Under the pieces are notes generated by a model. That model did not search any database, had not been told where the DNA came from, and saw only the letters and a program-made list of their open reading frames with translations. Of a stretch of DNA of 64,000 nt, positions 8,165 to 17,564 are shown one piece after another. A program made the translations under genes and the position numbers. The number at the start of each line of letters is the position of its first letter. Position 1 is the stretch's first letter. Location: NCBI GenBank assembly GCA_910585805.1, contig CAJUFB010000015.1, positions 1,793 through 65,792 of the forward strand. Direction: 5' to 3'. The stretch comes from an uncultured Acetatifactor sp. Its GTDB lineage: Bacteria; Bacillota; Clostridia; Lachnospirales; Lachnospiraceae.

Positions 8165-8698
8165 ATGGCTTTGGTGGCAATCGATGCCGGACACGGCGGC
8201 GCGAATCCGGGAGCGGTATACAATGGCAGGCGGGAAAAGGAGGATGCGCTTGCGTTGGCCCTTGCAGTGGGACAGATCCTGGAACAGAACGGTGTGGAGG
8301 TATATTATACCAGAACCACCGATATCTATGAGTCCCCTGCCCGGAAAGCCGAGGAGGGGAATGCTGTGGGAGCGGATTACTTTGTATCCCTTCACCGCAA
8401 TTCCAGTACCTATTCAAATGAGTATACGGGAGTGGAGACACTGGTGTACGATTACTATGGAGAAGCGGCGCGGCTTGCCGGCAATATCAATGCCCGCCTG
8501 GAACAGGTCGGATTCGAGAACCTGGGGGTTAATGAGAGGAAGGACCTGGTAGTGCTGAACCGCACCGACATGCCGGCAGTGCTGGTGGAGGTGGGATTTG
8601 TCAATTCGGATGCGGATAATCAGCTGCTGGATGAACGCTTTCACGATGTGGCATGGGCAATCGCGGAAGGGATCCTGGCTGCGGTATGGAGCGCGTAA
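8165..8698 (+). CDS. N-acetylmuramoyl-L-alanine amidase (Amidase_3 family), catalytic domain only
   Basis: MALVAIDAGHGGANPGAVY...DYFVSLHRNS...VLVEVGFVNSDAD are the zinc-ligand and catalytic motifs of Amidase_3. Confidence 0.8.
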   Translation: MALVAIDAGHGGANPGAVYNGRREKEDALALALAVGQILEQNGVEVYYTRTTDIYESPARKAEEGNAVGADYFVSLHRNSSTYSNEYTGVETLVYDYYGEAARLAGNINARLEQVGFENLGVNERKDLVVLNRTDMPAVLVEVGFVNSDADNQLLDERFHDVAWAIAEGILAAVWSA

Positions 8699-8752
8699 AC
8701 TCCATCCTTCAGCAAAGCCGCCGAAACGGTAAAACCACAGGGGAGAGGAAGA

Positions 8753-9817
8753 ATGGAGAGACTGGAAAAGCTTGTGAAGGACAGATCGGGAATCCTGCTG
8801 ATACTGGTGGGGGCGGTCCTGATCTTCTGGGATATATACCGTCCTTTTGCGGGAGACGTAACGGATGGGCAGGTGACCCGGGCAGAGGAAACTGTATACA
8901 GTCCGGGGCGTGTGGCGGGACAGGCGCTGCAGGAGAACCAGATGACAGGAGTAAAAAACCCATGGCCGGATGCAGAGCGGCAGGAGCAGCAGAACCGGAA
9001 TGCGCAGGGAACCGGTGAACAGGCGCGGGAAGACACCCGGAAACCGGCCGGATGCCTGCAGCTTGCGGGGAGCTCATCCATGGAAAGATATGCCGGCGCT
9101 CTGGCCGAGGGATTTATGGAAAAGTATCCGGAGGTGGATGTGATCCTTCAGTTTACAGGCTCCAGCGCAGGGATTGCGTCAGTGACAGGCGGCAGCGCGG
9201 ATATCGGAATGTCTTCCAGATATTTGACTGAGGAGGAGAAAGCGGCAGGCGCGGTGGAAAACATTGCGGGGGCTGACTGCATTGCCCTGTGCGCAAATCC
9301 TGCCAACGGAGTCACCGGGCTTACCGGAGAGCAGCTTTCACGGCTTTATACCGGAGAAATCGCGGATTGGTCCCAACTGGGAGGCGGGAAGCTGCCTGTC
9401 GTTCTCATCGGAAGGGAGGCTGGTTCCGGAACCAGGCGCGCCTTTGAGGAACTGCTGGGGCTTGCTGACCGGTGTACATATGCCAATGAACTGGACAGTA
9501 CGGGAGCTGTCATGGCAAGGATTGAAGTCACACCCGGCGCCATCGGGTATGTGTCCCTGGAAGCGGCGGACAGGATGCGCAGAGAGGCAGAAACGGAAGG
9601 CGGAGCCGGGGCTGTCTGTACGGTTCTTTCGCTGGACGGGACAGTCCCCTCCATGGAAAATGTGGACAACGGCAGCTATCCGCTGTACAGGCCGTTTATC
9701 ATGGTTACCAGAGGGGAAGCAGAAGACGGAAATGAACTGGTACGTGCATGGTTATCCTATGTGGAAAGTGAAGAAGGCAGAGGAATTGCGGAAAAAATGG
9801 GGATCGGCATGAATTGA
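8753..9817 (+). CDS. pstS: phosphate ABC transporter substrate-binding protein with an N-terminal membrane anchor
   Basis: The segment QFTGSSAGIASVTGGSADIGMSSRYLTEEE...REAGSGTRRAFEELL is typical of the PstS/PBP family. The gene is followed by pstCAB. Confidence 0.8.
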   Translation: MERLEKLVKDRSGILLILVGAVLIFWDIYRPFAGDVTDGQVTRAEETVYSPGRVAGQALQENQMTGVKNPWPDAERQEQQNRNAQGTGEQAREDTRKPAGCLQLAGSSSMERYAGALAEGFMEKYPEVDVILQFTGSSAGIASVTGGSADIGMSSRYLTEEEKAAGAVENIAGADCIALCANPANGVTGLTGEQLSRLYTGEIADWSQLGGGKLPVVLIGREAGSGTRRAFEELLGLADRCTYANELDSTGAVMARIEVTPGAIGYVSLEAADRMRREAETEGGAGAVCTVLSLDGTVPSMENVDNGSYPLYRPFIMVTRGEAEDGNELVRAWLSYVESEEGRGIAEKMGIGMN

Positions 9818-9882
9818 CCCTGTGGACGGAACCGGGGGGAAGATGGAATGCGGCCGGGGAGTGCGGGAAAGGAGTGTGGGCA

Positions 9883-10809
9883 TTGGATTTTGAAAAGAGA
9901 AGAAAGGCAGCAGAAGCGCTGGCATGGATTTTTTTCTTTGTCTGTGGGATCTTTACCGTTTTAGCGGTTGCGGCGGTAACGTTTTATATGATATGCATGG
10001 GGCTGCCGGCGCTCAGGCAGATCGGACTGAAGGAAATTTTCTTTGGCACCCGTTGGAAGCCAACTGCGGCAGAGCCGGAATTCGGCATTTTTTATATCAT
10101 ACTTACTTCTTTGCTTGGAACCCTCCTTGCAGCGGCTGTGGGAGTTCCTCTGGGGATTCTCACGGCAGTGTATCTGGCTGAACTGGCGGACAGAAGGCGG
10201 GCAGGGCTGGTCAGGGCTGCGGTGGAGGTGCTGGCGGGGATCCCTTCCGTTATATACGGCCTGTTGGGAATATATATATTAAATCCCGTTGTATACCGGT
10301 TGGAGAGGAAGCTGTTTGCCGGATCGGACAGCCACACCTTTACGGGTGGGGCAAATCTGATTTCTGCCGTCATTGTGCTGTCGGTTATGATGCTGCCCAC
10401 GGTGATACATATCAGCGAGACTTCCATCCGCGCGGTCCGCCCCGGTATCAGGGAGGCTTCCCTGGCGCTGGGGGCGGACCGGGTACAGACGATTTTCTGT
10501 TCCGTCCTGCCGGCTGCCCGTTCCGGCATCCTGACTGCCGTGATCCTGGGGGTTGGCAGGGCGGCGGGAGAAGCCATGGCCATTACGCTGGTGTCAGGGG
10601 GAAGTGTCAACGCGCCTTTTCCCTTTTATTCCGTGCGCTTCCTTACCACGGCTATTGTCAGCGAGATGGGATATGCCCAGGGACTTCACAGACAGATGCT
10701 GTTTACCATAGGGCTGATCCTGCTGGGATTTATCCTGCTGGTGAACGGGACAGCGAAGCTGATTTTGGGAAAGGGGGCGGAAAAGTATGGAACGGACGGG
10801 ACAGGATAA
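9883..10809 (+). CDS. pstC: phosphate ABC transporter permease PstC
   Basis: Polytopic permease. The ORF track opens at TTG 9814. I prefer TTG 9883, which lies 8 nt after AAAGGAG. The start is uncertain. Confidence 0.75.
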   Translation: MDFEKRRKAAEALAWIFFFVCGIFTVLAVAAVTFYMICMGLPALRQIGLKEIFFGTRWKPTAAEPEFGIFYIILTSLLGTLLAAAVGVPLGILTAVYLAELADRRRAGLVRAAVEVLAGIPSVIYGLLGIYILNPVVYRLERKLFAGSDSHTFTGGANLISAVIVLSVMMLPTVIHISETSIRAVRPGIREASLALGADRVQTIFCSVLPAARSGILTAVILGVGRAAGEAMAITLVSGGSVNAPFPFYSVRFLTTAIVSEMGYAQGLHRQMLFTIGLILLGFILLVNGTAKLILGKGAEKYGTDGTG

Positions 10810-11707
10810 GGGGATGCTGCGCCGCGGAGAAATGCACCCGGGCACAGTATTCCTGCTGGCGGCAGTGTATGGGGCAGCTTCTTTTTCGGTGGTGCTGCTG
10901 TTGGGAATTGCGGGATATGTATTTTTCAGGGGATTCAGGGAGCTGAGTCTCCGCTTCTTCCTGTCGGTTACCAGTGCGCTGAAGGGAACCGTGGGAATTG
11001 CGGGAAATATGGTGAATACGCTGTATATGATCATCCTTACGCTTGCCATGGCAGTTCCGGCAGGCGTGGGAGCGGCGGTTTATCTGAATGAGTATGCCGG
11101 AAAGAGCAGGCCGGTGCGTGCCGTGTCCTTTGCGGTGGATATCCTGGCAGGAATTCCCTCCATTGTTTTCGGGCTATTCGGAATGGTGCTTTTCGGGAAT
11201 GTGATGGGACTCGGATATTCTCTGCTGACCGGCGCGCTGACGCTGGGATTGATGGTCCTGCCTCTGATCGTGGAAAATACGCAGGCAGCGCTGCAGGCAG
11301 TCCCCCGGGGTTACAGACAGGGGGCGCTGGGAATGGGGGCAGGGAAATGGGAACTGATCCGGACGATTCTCCTTCCCGGGGCAAAAAGCGGGATTCTGTC
11401 GGGGATCATACTGGCAGTGGGGCGGATCGTGGGAGAGTCGGCAGCGCTGCTGTTTACGGCGGGAAGCGCCAGGATTCTGCCCGGATTGGGGAGCGGGTTC
11501 CCGAAAGATATCACTGTGCTGCGGGATAAGATCCTGGAGCCGGGGGGAACGCTTACAGTCGAACTGTATCTGCAGATGCAGAATGGGGAGTACGGGGCGG
11601 CATTTGGCATCGGCTGTGTATTGATCCTGCTTACTTTTCTGATGAACCTTCTGTTGAAACTGATTTCCCGAACCGGGGGAGGGCAGGAGGAAGATTTTTA
11701 TGGATAA
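10787..11707 (+). CDS. pstA: phosphate ABC transporter permease PstA
   Basis: Second permease of the operon. It overlaps both pstC and pstB. Confidence 0.8.
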   Translation: MERTGQDKGMLRRGEMHPGTVFLLAAVYGAASFSVVLLLGIAGYVFFRGFRELSLRFFLSVTSALKGTVGIAGNMVNTLYMIILTLAMAVPAGVGAAVYLNEYAGKSRPVRAVSFAVDILAGIPSIVFGLFGMVLFGNVMGLGYSLLTGALTLGLMVLPLIVENTQAALQAVPRGYRQGALGMGAGKWELIRTILLPGAKSGILSGIILAVGRIVGESAALLFTAGSARILPGLGSGFPKDITVLRDKILEPGGTLTVELYLQMQNGEYGAAFGIGCVLILLTFLMNLLLKLISRTGGGQEEDFYG

Positions 11708-12470
11708 TAAAGCCGGAACAAAAGCGGTCAAACTGTCGGCCCGGCATCTGAATCTGTGGTACGGTGAAAAGCAGGCTCTGAAAGAGATCAGCATGGAGAT
11801 CAGGAAAAACACGGTGACGGCTCTCATCGGCCCCAGCGGATGCGGGAAATCCACTTTTCTGCGGTGCTTTAACCGCATGAATGAGCAGTTCGGAAATGTG
11901 CGTATGGCAGGCAGTGTATTGCTGGACGGGGAAGACATTTATAAAAGAAAAGCGGATGTCACGGCGCTGCGGAAGCGGGTGGGGATGGTTTTTCAATCGC
12001 CGAATCCTTTTCCCATGAGCATTTATGACAATGTGGCCTACGGTCCCAGGCTTCATGGAATGAAAAGCAGACAGCAGCTGCAGCAGACTGTGGAAAAGGC
12101 CCTGCGCGGCGCTGCCATATTCGAAGAAGTAAAAGATACCCTGAAAAAGCCCGCTCTGGGCCTCTCCGGAGGACAACAGCAAAGGCTCTGCATTGCCAGA
12201 GCGCTGGCGGCAGAGCCTGAAGTGCTGCTGATGGATGAGCCGACCTCCGCGCTGGATCCGGTTTCCACCCTGAAGATAGAAGACCTGATCCGAAAACTGA
12301 GAGAAAACTATACCATTGTCATTGTGACCCACAACATGCAGCAGGCGGCCAGGATAGCCGATACGGCCGCTTTTTTCCTGTCAGGGGAACTGGTGGAATA
12401 CGACAGCGCAGATACCGTTTTCTGCCGCCCCAGGGATAAGCGGACGCAGCAGTATATTATGGGACTGTAA
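11700..12470 (+). CDS. pstB: phosphate ABC transporter ATP-binding protein PstB
   Basis: Walker [10 protein letters not shown], signature LSGGQQQRL, Walker [12 protein letters not shown], and a PstB-type N-terminus. Confidence 0.9.
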   Translation: MDNKAGTKAVKLSARHLNLWYGEKQALKEISMEIRKNTVTALIGPSGCGKSTFLRCFNRMNEQFGNVRMAGSVLLDGEDIYKRKADVTALRKRVGMVFQSPNPFPMSIYDNVAYGPRLHGMKSRQQLQQTVEKALRGAAIFEEVKDTLKKPALGLSGGQQQRLCIARALAAEPEVLLMDEPTSALDPVSTLKIEDLIRKLRENYTIVIVTHNMQQAARIADTAAFFLSGELVEYDSADTVFCRPRDKRTQQYIMGL

Positions 12471-12476
12471 TAAACG

Positions 12477-12521
12477 GAAGCTTCCCGGAAGCCATGCGCC
12501 TGTTTCCGGGAAGCTTTTTTT
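12477..12521 (+). terminator. intrinsic terminator after pstB
   Basis: 13-bp stem GAAGCTTCCCGGA / TCCGGGAAGCTT followed by TTTTTTT. Confidence 0.75.
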
Positions 12522-12546
12522 GGGGAGATCCGAACAGGCGGTGGAC

Positions 12547-13857
12547 TCAGGATTCACTTTCCTTCTCGGTGTCATTGCTGTCCGGATCGGCATCTTCCTC
12601 ATCTGCCTTCTTTTCCGGCAGGGTCATCAGCACCTTGACGATACGGTTCTGCTCAATCCCCTGAACCTTCAGTTTAACGCCGTTCTCCAGGGTGACTTCC
12701 TCCTGGTCCTCCGGCAGTCGGTCCAGATTTTCGATGATGATGCCGCCTATGGAATCATAGTCTTCACTTTCCAGTTCCGTGTCCAGTTCGTCGTTGATGT
12801 CGTCCAGCTTCATGCTGCCTTCCACCAGATAGGTGTTCTCATCCATCTTCTGGATGTATTCTTCTTCGTCGGCATCGTATTCGTCGCGGATCTCGCCGAC
12901 GATTTCCTCCAGCAGATCTTCCAGGGTGATCATGCCCACAGTGGCGCCGTACTCATTGAGCACAAAAGTGACGCTTGTGGCCCGTTCACGGAGTTCGTAA
13001 AGCAGGTCGGAGACTTTTTTGAATTCATATGTAAAATGGGCATCCCGCAGGATGGATTTTACCTGGAAATGCTCCTTATCCTCCGTGAGGATGAAGTCCT
13101 TGATATTGATCAGACCGATGATATTGTCTTTATCATCCTCATATACGGGGAAACGGGTGTACATGGACTCGCGGAAAACTGCCTGGACTTCGCTGTAAGT
13201 GGCATTGATGTCCACCGTCACCATATTGATCCTGGGGATCATGATATCCTTGGCCAGGGCATCCGAAAAATCGAACACATTATAGATCATTTCCCGTTCT
13301 TCGGTTTCGATGACGCCGTCGGCATGGCTGACTTCCACATAGGTGCGCAGCTCGGCCTCTGTCATGGTGGTGATCTTCCTGCTGGGATCAATGCGCAGCA
13401 TACGCAGGATGCCGTTTGACATTTTGTCCACTACGAAAATAACCGGCGTCATGATCTGCATCAGTCCGAAGACGACACCGCTGTAGGCAAGCGTGATTTT
13501 TTCTGAGGAAAGCATGGCCCAGGTTTTTGGGATGATCTCACCGCAGAGAAGGATCACCATGGTCAGGACGCCGGTGCCTATAGCCACCGGGATTCCGAAC
13601 TGCAGGGCGATGGTAGTGGTCAGGGCAGAGGTGGACAGGTTCACGATGTTGTTGCCGATGAGGACGGTGCTCAGCATCTTGCTGTAATTCTTCAGGATCC
13701 GGTTCACCCTTGCGGCGCGTCTGTTCCCCTCTTCTTCCAGGGTCTGCATCCGCACGCGGTTGACGGTACTGAAGGCTGTCTCTGCCGAAGAGAAATAGCC
13801 TGACAGAATAATGAGAATGATAAGAACGATAAATTGTATACCTTCCGGGACTTCCAA
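12547..13857 (-). CDS. CNNM/DUF21-CBS-CorC_HlyC family membrane protein (hemolysin-family / putative divalent-cation efflux)
   Basis: 436 aa. N-terminal DUF21 helices with the SSAETAF motif, a CBS pair (IMIPR...), and a C-terminal CorC_HlyC domain. TTG start lies 10 nt after GGAG. Confidence 0.75.
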   Translation of the reverse strand: MEVPEGIQFIVLIILIILSGYFSSAETAFSTVNRVRMQTLEEEGNRRAARVNRILKNYSKMLSTVLIGNNIVNLSTSALTTTIALQFGIPVAIGTGVLTMVILLCGEIIPKTWAMLSSEKITLAYSGVVFGLMQIMTPVIFVVDKMSNGILRMLRIDPSRKITTMTEAELRTYVEVSHADGVIETEEREMIYNVFDFSDALAKDIMIPRINMVTVDINATYSEVQAVFRESMYTRFPVYEDDKDNIIGLINIKDFILTEDKEHFQVKSILRDAHFTYEFKKVSDLLYELRERATSVTFVLNEYGATVGMITLEDLLEEIVGEIRDEYDADEEEYIQKMDENTYLVEGSMKLDDINDELDTELESEDYDSIGGIIIENLDRLPEDQEEVTLENGVKLKVQGIEQNRIVKVLMTLPEKKADEEDADPDSNDTEKESES

Positions 13858-14158
13858 AAAAATTTCACTCCTTTTCTTTCCATAATTTTGTCAGATATCT
13901 GCCGTCATTGGATCCGGTGTCACGGGCGTCCATCTGATCTCATGTCCGTCTGACGGCGGACACCTGTTTAAGAAAGCGCAGATTTATTTCTGCACAATTC
14001 CTTAAGATAAATATACAGAATCGGAAAGTAGTTGTCAAGTTCTTGTATCATTGTGCATATGATTTTATAAAAAGTTTATAGACTTCAGGGGCAGCAGTAA
14101 CGGTTCGGCGGTTTATGGACCGTGGTGCGGGCGCTGTGAGTCGGAACAGGGGGAAGAT

Positions 14159-14536
14159 ATGGAACAGGATCCGAAGACAGGAGGGATTCCGGTGGGTTTT
14201 CTGGTTAAAAGCCTGCTTTTTTCGTACATACTGACAGCGGCGTTGCTGGCATTGCTGGCATTTCTGCTGTATAGGCTGGGACTGGATGAGAAGATCGTTT
14301 CCATCGCGATCACCGCAATTTATGTGGCAGGTACTTTTTTCGGAGGCTTTGTCATGGGAAAGAAGACGGGCAGCCGTAAATTTCTGTGGGGGCTGTTGAT
14401 GGGAACGGTGTATTTCCTGGTTTTGGCAGTGGTGTCTCTGTGCGCGGGGAAGGGAAATATCCAGATGGGAAGCTCCTTTTTTACCACGCTGGCGCTGTGT
14501 GCGGGCGGAGGGATGCTGGGGGGCATGGTGAGCTGA
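14159..14536 (+). CDS. small membrane protein, TIGR04086-like
   Basis: 125 aa with 4 hydrophobic helices. The GGFVMGKKTGSRKFLWGLLMG motif resembles the TIGR04086 family of Clostridia. Confidence 0.55.
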   Translation: MEQDPKTGGIPVGFLVKSLLFSYILTAALLALLAFLLYRLGLDEKIVSIAITAIYVAGTFFGGFVMGKKTGSRKFLWGLLMGTVYFLVLAVVSLCAGKGNIQMGSSFFTTLALCAGGGMLGGMVS

Positions 14537-14747
14537 AGGCCTGAGCGATATGATTTGTTGAAGCTGATTCCCCGGAAGAGGCGGCAGATTATTTCAATGG
14601 CAGCAAGAGTGTGGACGAGGTGGCTGAAGTGATCAGCAACCGGGTGCGGCTGTACCGGGATGAAGGGAAACGGGTACTGCATGTGAGAAATCGGAATCAG
14701 ACAGTATTCATTCCGATGCGGAAAATCGAGAAGCTTTCAAAAAGGAG

Positions 14748-14776
14748 TTGAAATAAAGAACAAAAGAGTCTATAAT
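14748..14776 (+). promoter_or_regulatory. near-consensus sigma-A promoter for the hemerythrin-receiver gene
   Basis: TTGAAA (14748-14753), a 17-nt spacer, then TATAAT (14771-14776). Confidence 0.55.
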
Positions 14777-14898
14777 TTGTGGAAAGGCAGAAATTTTCCC
14801 GGAAGCTGTTAGGACTTGGATCACAAGGATGTTGTTTTAGTCAATAAGAAACGGTTGTCCGGATTTTTTCTGATTTCATCACAATCAGGAGGGACGGA

Positions 14899-16257
14899 AT
14901 GGAACAGCAGAAGTTTGTTTGGCATGACAGATATAATATCGGAGTGGAAGCAATCGACAGAGAGCACCGGAAGCTGTTCAGTATTATGAACAAACTGTCC
15001 GCTTATGGCGGCGAAAATGACGAAAAGAGCCGCTGGGCATACCAGGAGGGAATCAAATTCTTCAAAGGGCATGCCATGAAACACTTTGCGGAAGAGGAAA
15101 TGTACATGGTATCCATCGGCTATGAGGGATATGAGACGCACAGGCGCCTGCATGATATCTTTCGCCAGAAGACGCTTCCGGAGATTGAGAAGGAGCTGAT
15201 GCTGACGAAATATTCTCCGGAGGCGGTGGATCACTTTCTGGGTGTGTGCGCAGGCTGGCTTATCGGGCATACCCTGACGGAAGACAGAGCGATTAAGGGC
15301 GGGGTCTCCAGCAGATGGGTTGACCTTCTTCCGGAAGAAGAACAGGCTCTTATGAAAAAGACGATTCTGCAGCTTTTGAAGGAACTGTTCCAGCTGGATG
15401 CCCGGGTCATCAGCGAGAGTTATGGAGGGGAGAAGTTCGGGAACGGTATTTATTACCGCATGGTATACGGTTCCGACAAAAGGGAAAAATGGGAATTTTT
15501 TCTGGTGTTTGAGGAAAGGCTTCTGGTGAATACGGTAGGCAGTATCGTGGATTCCGATTCCGATACGGTCAATGTGATGATGATGAATGCCACCAGGTAC
15601 ATAGCCAGACAGTTTGTGGAGCGTATTCTGGAACATTTTCCCACGGAGGGACAGCTGGAGCTGAAAGAGGAAAATCTTCTCTCTTACAAGAAATTCGACA
15701 GGATGTTTGAGAGACAGAATCCCCAGAGCAGCCTGCTGTTTGATACGGGCAAAGGATATTTCGCCTATTGCATGCTGGCGCCTCATCTGCTGGAGGATCC
15801 GGCTTCGCCTGCCCTTCAGGCAGAGAACGCAATGGCTGAGATCCTGAAGTATCTGGAGGAAAACAGAGCGGAAAATGAAAACGGCGGAAAAAAGAAGATA
15901 CTGGTGGTGGATGACTCCGCTATGATCCTGCAGGCAATGACAGGACTGCTGGAGCAGGATTATGAGGTTCAGACGGCAAAATCGGGGGTCGCCGCCATAC
16001 GTTCCATGACATTGGACAAACCGGACCTGGTTTTGCTGGATTATGAGATGCCGGTCTGCAACGGGCAGCAGGTGCTGGAGATGATACGGGCGGAGGAAGC
16101 ATTCAGAGATACACCGGTTATCTTCCTGACCGGAACGGTGGACAAGGAAAGGATCCAGAAGATTCTGCCCCTGAAACCGGCGGGATATCTGCTGAAGACC
16201 ATACCCCCTCAGGAAATCAGGGCGGCTGTGGCGGAATTTTTCAGCAAGCGGGGCTGA
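14899..16257 (+). CDS. hemerythrin-domain / response-regulator receiver fusion protein
   Basis: The N-terminus WHDRYNIGVEAIDREHRKLF...HFAEEE...HRRLHD...WLIGHTLTED carries the bacteriohemerythrin His/Glu/Asp ligand pattern. The C-terminus KKILVVDDSAMI...DLVLLDYEMP...VIFLTG...LLKT is a receiver domain. The central region of about 170 aa is unassigned. Confidence 0.75.
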   Translation: MEQQKFVWHDRYNIGVEAIDREHRKLFSIMNKLSAYGGENDEKSRWAYQEGIKFFKGHAMKHFAEEEMYMVSIGYEGYETHRRLHDIFRQKTLPEIEKELMLTKYSPEAVDHFLGVCAGWLIGHTLTEDRAIKGGVSSRWVDLLPEEEQALMKKTILQLLKELFQLDARVISESYGGEKFGNGIYYRMVYGSDKREKWEFFLVFEERLLVNTVGSIVDSDSDTVNVMMMNATRYIARQFVERILEHFPTEGQLELKEENLLSYKKFDRMFERQNPQSSLLFDTGKGYFAYCMLAPHLLEDPASPALQAENAMAEILKYLEENRAENENGGKKKILVVDDSAMILQAMTGLLEQDYEVQTAKSGVAAIRSMTLDKPDLVLLDYEMPVCNGQQVLEMIRAEEAFRDTPVIFLTGTVDKERIQKILPLKPAGYLLKTIPPQEIRAAVAEFFSKRG

Positions 16258-16343
16258 GGGAAGCTTCGGTGAGGCTGTGCTGCCGTCAGGCTTTCGGAAT
16301 CAGATCAGCTTTTTCGACTTTTTTCAAAAAATGCATTTTGGGA

Positions 16344-16372
16344 TTGCCATATGCCGGAAAAACGGATATAAT
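16344..16372 (+). promoter_or_regulatory. near-consensus sigma-A promoter for the PilT-like gene
   Basis: TTGCCA (16344-16349), a 17-nt spacer, then TATAAT (16367-16372). Confidence 0.5.
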
Positions 16373-16435
16373 GAAGAAAAACATCCTGAAAAGATACAGG
16401 ACACGCATACAAGCACCGAGGAAAAGGAAAGAATA

Positions 16436-17488
16436 ATGTCTGTAATGTCTTCATCTTCAATAGAAGAAATACTCCGCGCCGCAGGGGAAGCCGGAGCCAG
16501 CGATGTCCATGTCGCCGCCGGGCTGCCGCCGAAGATGCGGGTCAACGGTACACTTGTCACCATGAGCCATTCCATGATAACGCCGTCGGATGCGCTGGAT
16601 ATTCTCATCAGGGTCATGCCCGAGGCGCAGCGGGAAGGATTCGAGGAACGGGGGGAAGCCGACTTCTCCTTTGATGTTGCCGGGTGCGGGAGATGTCGTG
16701 CCAATGCTTATAAGCAGAAGGGGAGCGTGGCCTTTGCGCTTCATCTGGTGGACGCCAGGATTCCCACGCCGGAGGAACTGGGCATGCCGGAATCAGTGAT
16801 CCGCCTTCAGGAGAAGGAAAGCGGCCTGATCCTGGTGACAGGCCCTTCCGGAAGCGGCAGGTCGGCCACTCTGGCATCCCTGGTGGACCGGATCAGTGAG
16901 AACAGAGATGCGCTGATCATCACGCTGGAGAACCCCATAGAATACATCTACCCTCATAAGCGCTCCATGGTGAACCAGAGGGAGATTGGGCTGGACAGCA
17001 GGAGCTATGCGGATGCGCTCAAAGCGGCGCTGCGGGAGGATCCGGACGTGATCCTGGTGGGGGAATTACGGGACCCGGAGAGCGTCAGCGGGGCGCTTAC
17101 GGCGGCGGAGACCGGGCATCTGGTGCTGTCGGCGCTGCATGCATCCAACGTGGTAAATGCCCTGGACGGGATACTTGATCTGTTTCCGCCTCACCGGCAG
17201 GAAGGAATACGGGGGAGGCTGGCGGATGCTCTGGAAGCAGTAGTGTCACAGCGGCTGATCCCTTCGGGGGACGGAGGCAGAGTGGCAGCTTTCGAAGTGC
17301 TGCTGGCCGATCCTGCGGTCCGACGAAGCATACGCCAGGGCAGCATAAATAGCCTGCCTGAGGTGATGCATAACAGCGCGGCTCAGGGAATGCTTACGAT
17401 AGAGGAAGCTGTCCGCAGGCTGTATTCGGCAGGCAGGATTGACGGCGACACGGCTGCCCGATACCTGGGCGGGACGATTTGTCATTAG
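16436..17488 (+). CDS. PilT-like type IV pilus retraction ATPase family protein with a non-canonical Walker A (GSGRS)
   Basis: The ORF track opens at 16277. I prefer ATG 16436, which follows AAGGAAAG. Motifs seen: ASDVHV, Walker A GPSGSGRSAT, ITLENPIEY, Walker B DPDVILVGELRD, and His box GHLVLSALHASN. Confidence 0.7.
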   Translation: MSVMSSSSIEEILRAAGEAGASDVHVAAGLPPKMRVNGTLVTMSHSMITPSDALDILIRVMPEAQREGFEERGEADFSFDVAGCGRCRANAYKQKGSVAFALHLVDARIPTPEELGMPESVIRLQEKESGLILVTGPSGSGRSATLASLVDRISENRDALIITLENPIEYIYPHKRSMVNQREIGLDSRSYADALKAALREDPDVILVGELRDPESVSGALTAAETGHLVLSALHASNVVNALDGILDLFPPHRQEGIRGRLADALEAVVSQRLIPSGDGGRVAAFEVLLADPAVRRSIRQGSINSLPEVMHNSAAQGMLTIEEAVRRLYSAGRIDGDTAARYLGGTICH

Positions 17489-17564
17489 GCTCTTATCAAT
17501 GATTTCTTTTGAAAAACGGCAAAATTTTGGTCCCGGCTTGTCCGGGGCAGGAATTGCCAGAAAA

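Noticed and set aside
8753-12470. Whether the pstSCAB operon is unusual, given that phoU and phoPR are not adjacent.
   Set aside because: The gene order and motifs are ordinary. The absence of phoU from the window says nothing about the genome. The only slightly atypical feature is the TM-anchored rather than lipoprotein-type N-terminus of PstS.
12520-13419. A 299-aa + strand ORF overlapping the minus-strand CNNM/CorC gene.
   Set aside because: It is in exact codon-complement register with the minus-strand gene, since 13857-12522 is divisible by 3. Its translation has no recognisable motif, whereas the minus-strand product has a clear DUF21-CBS-CorC architecture.
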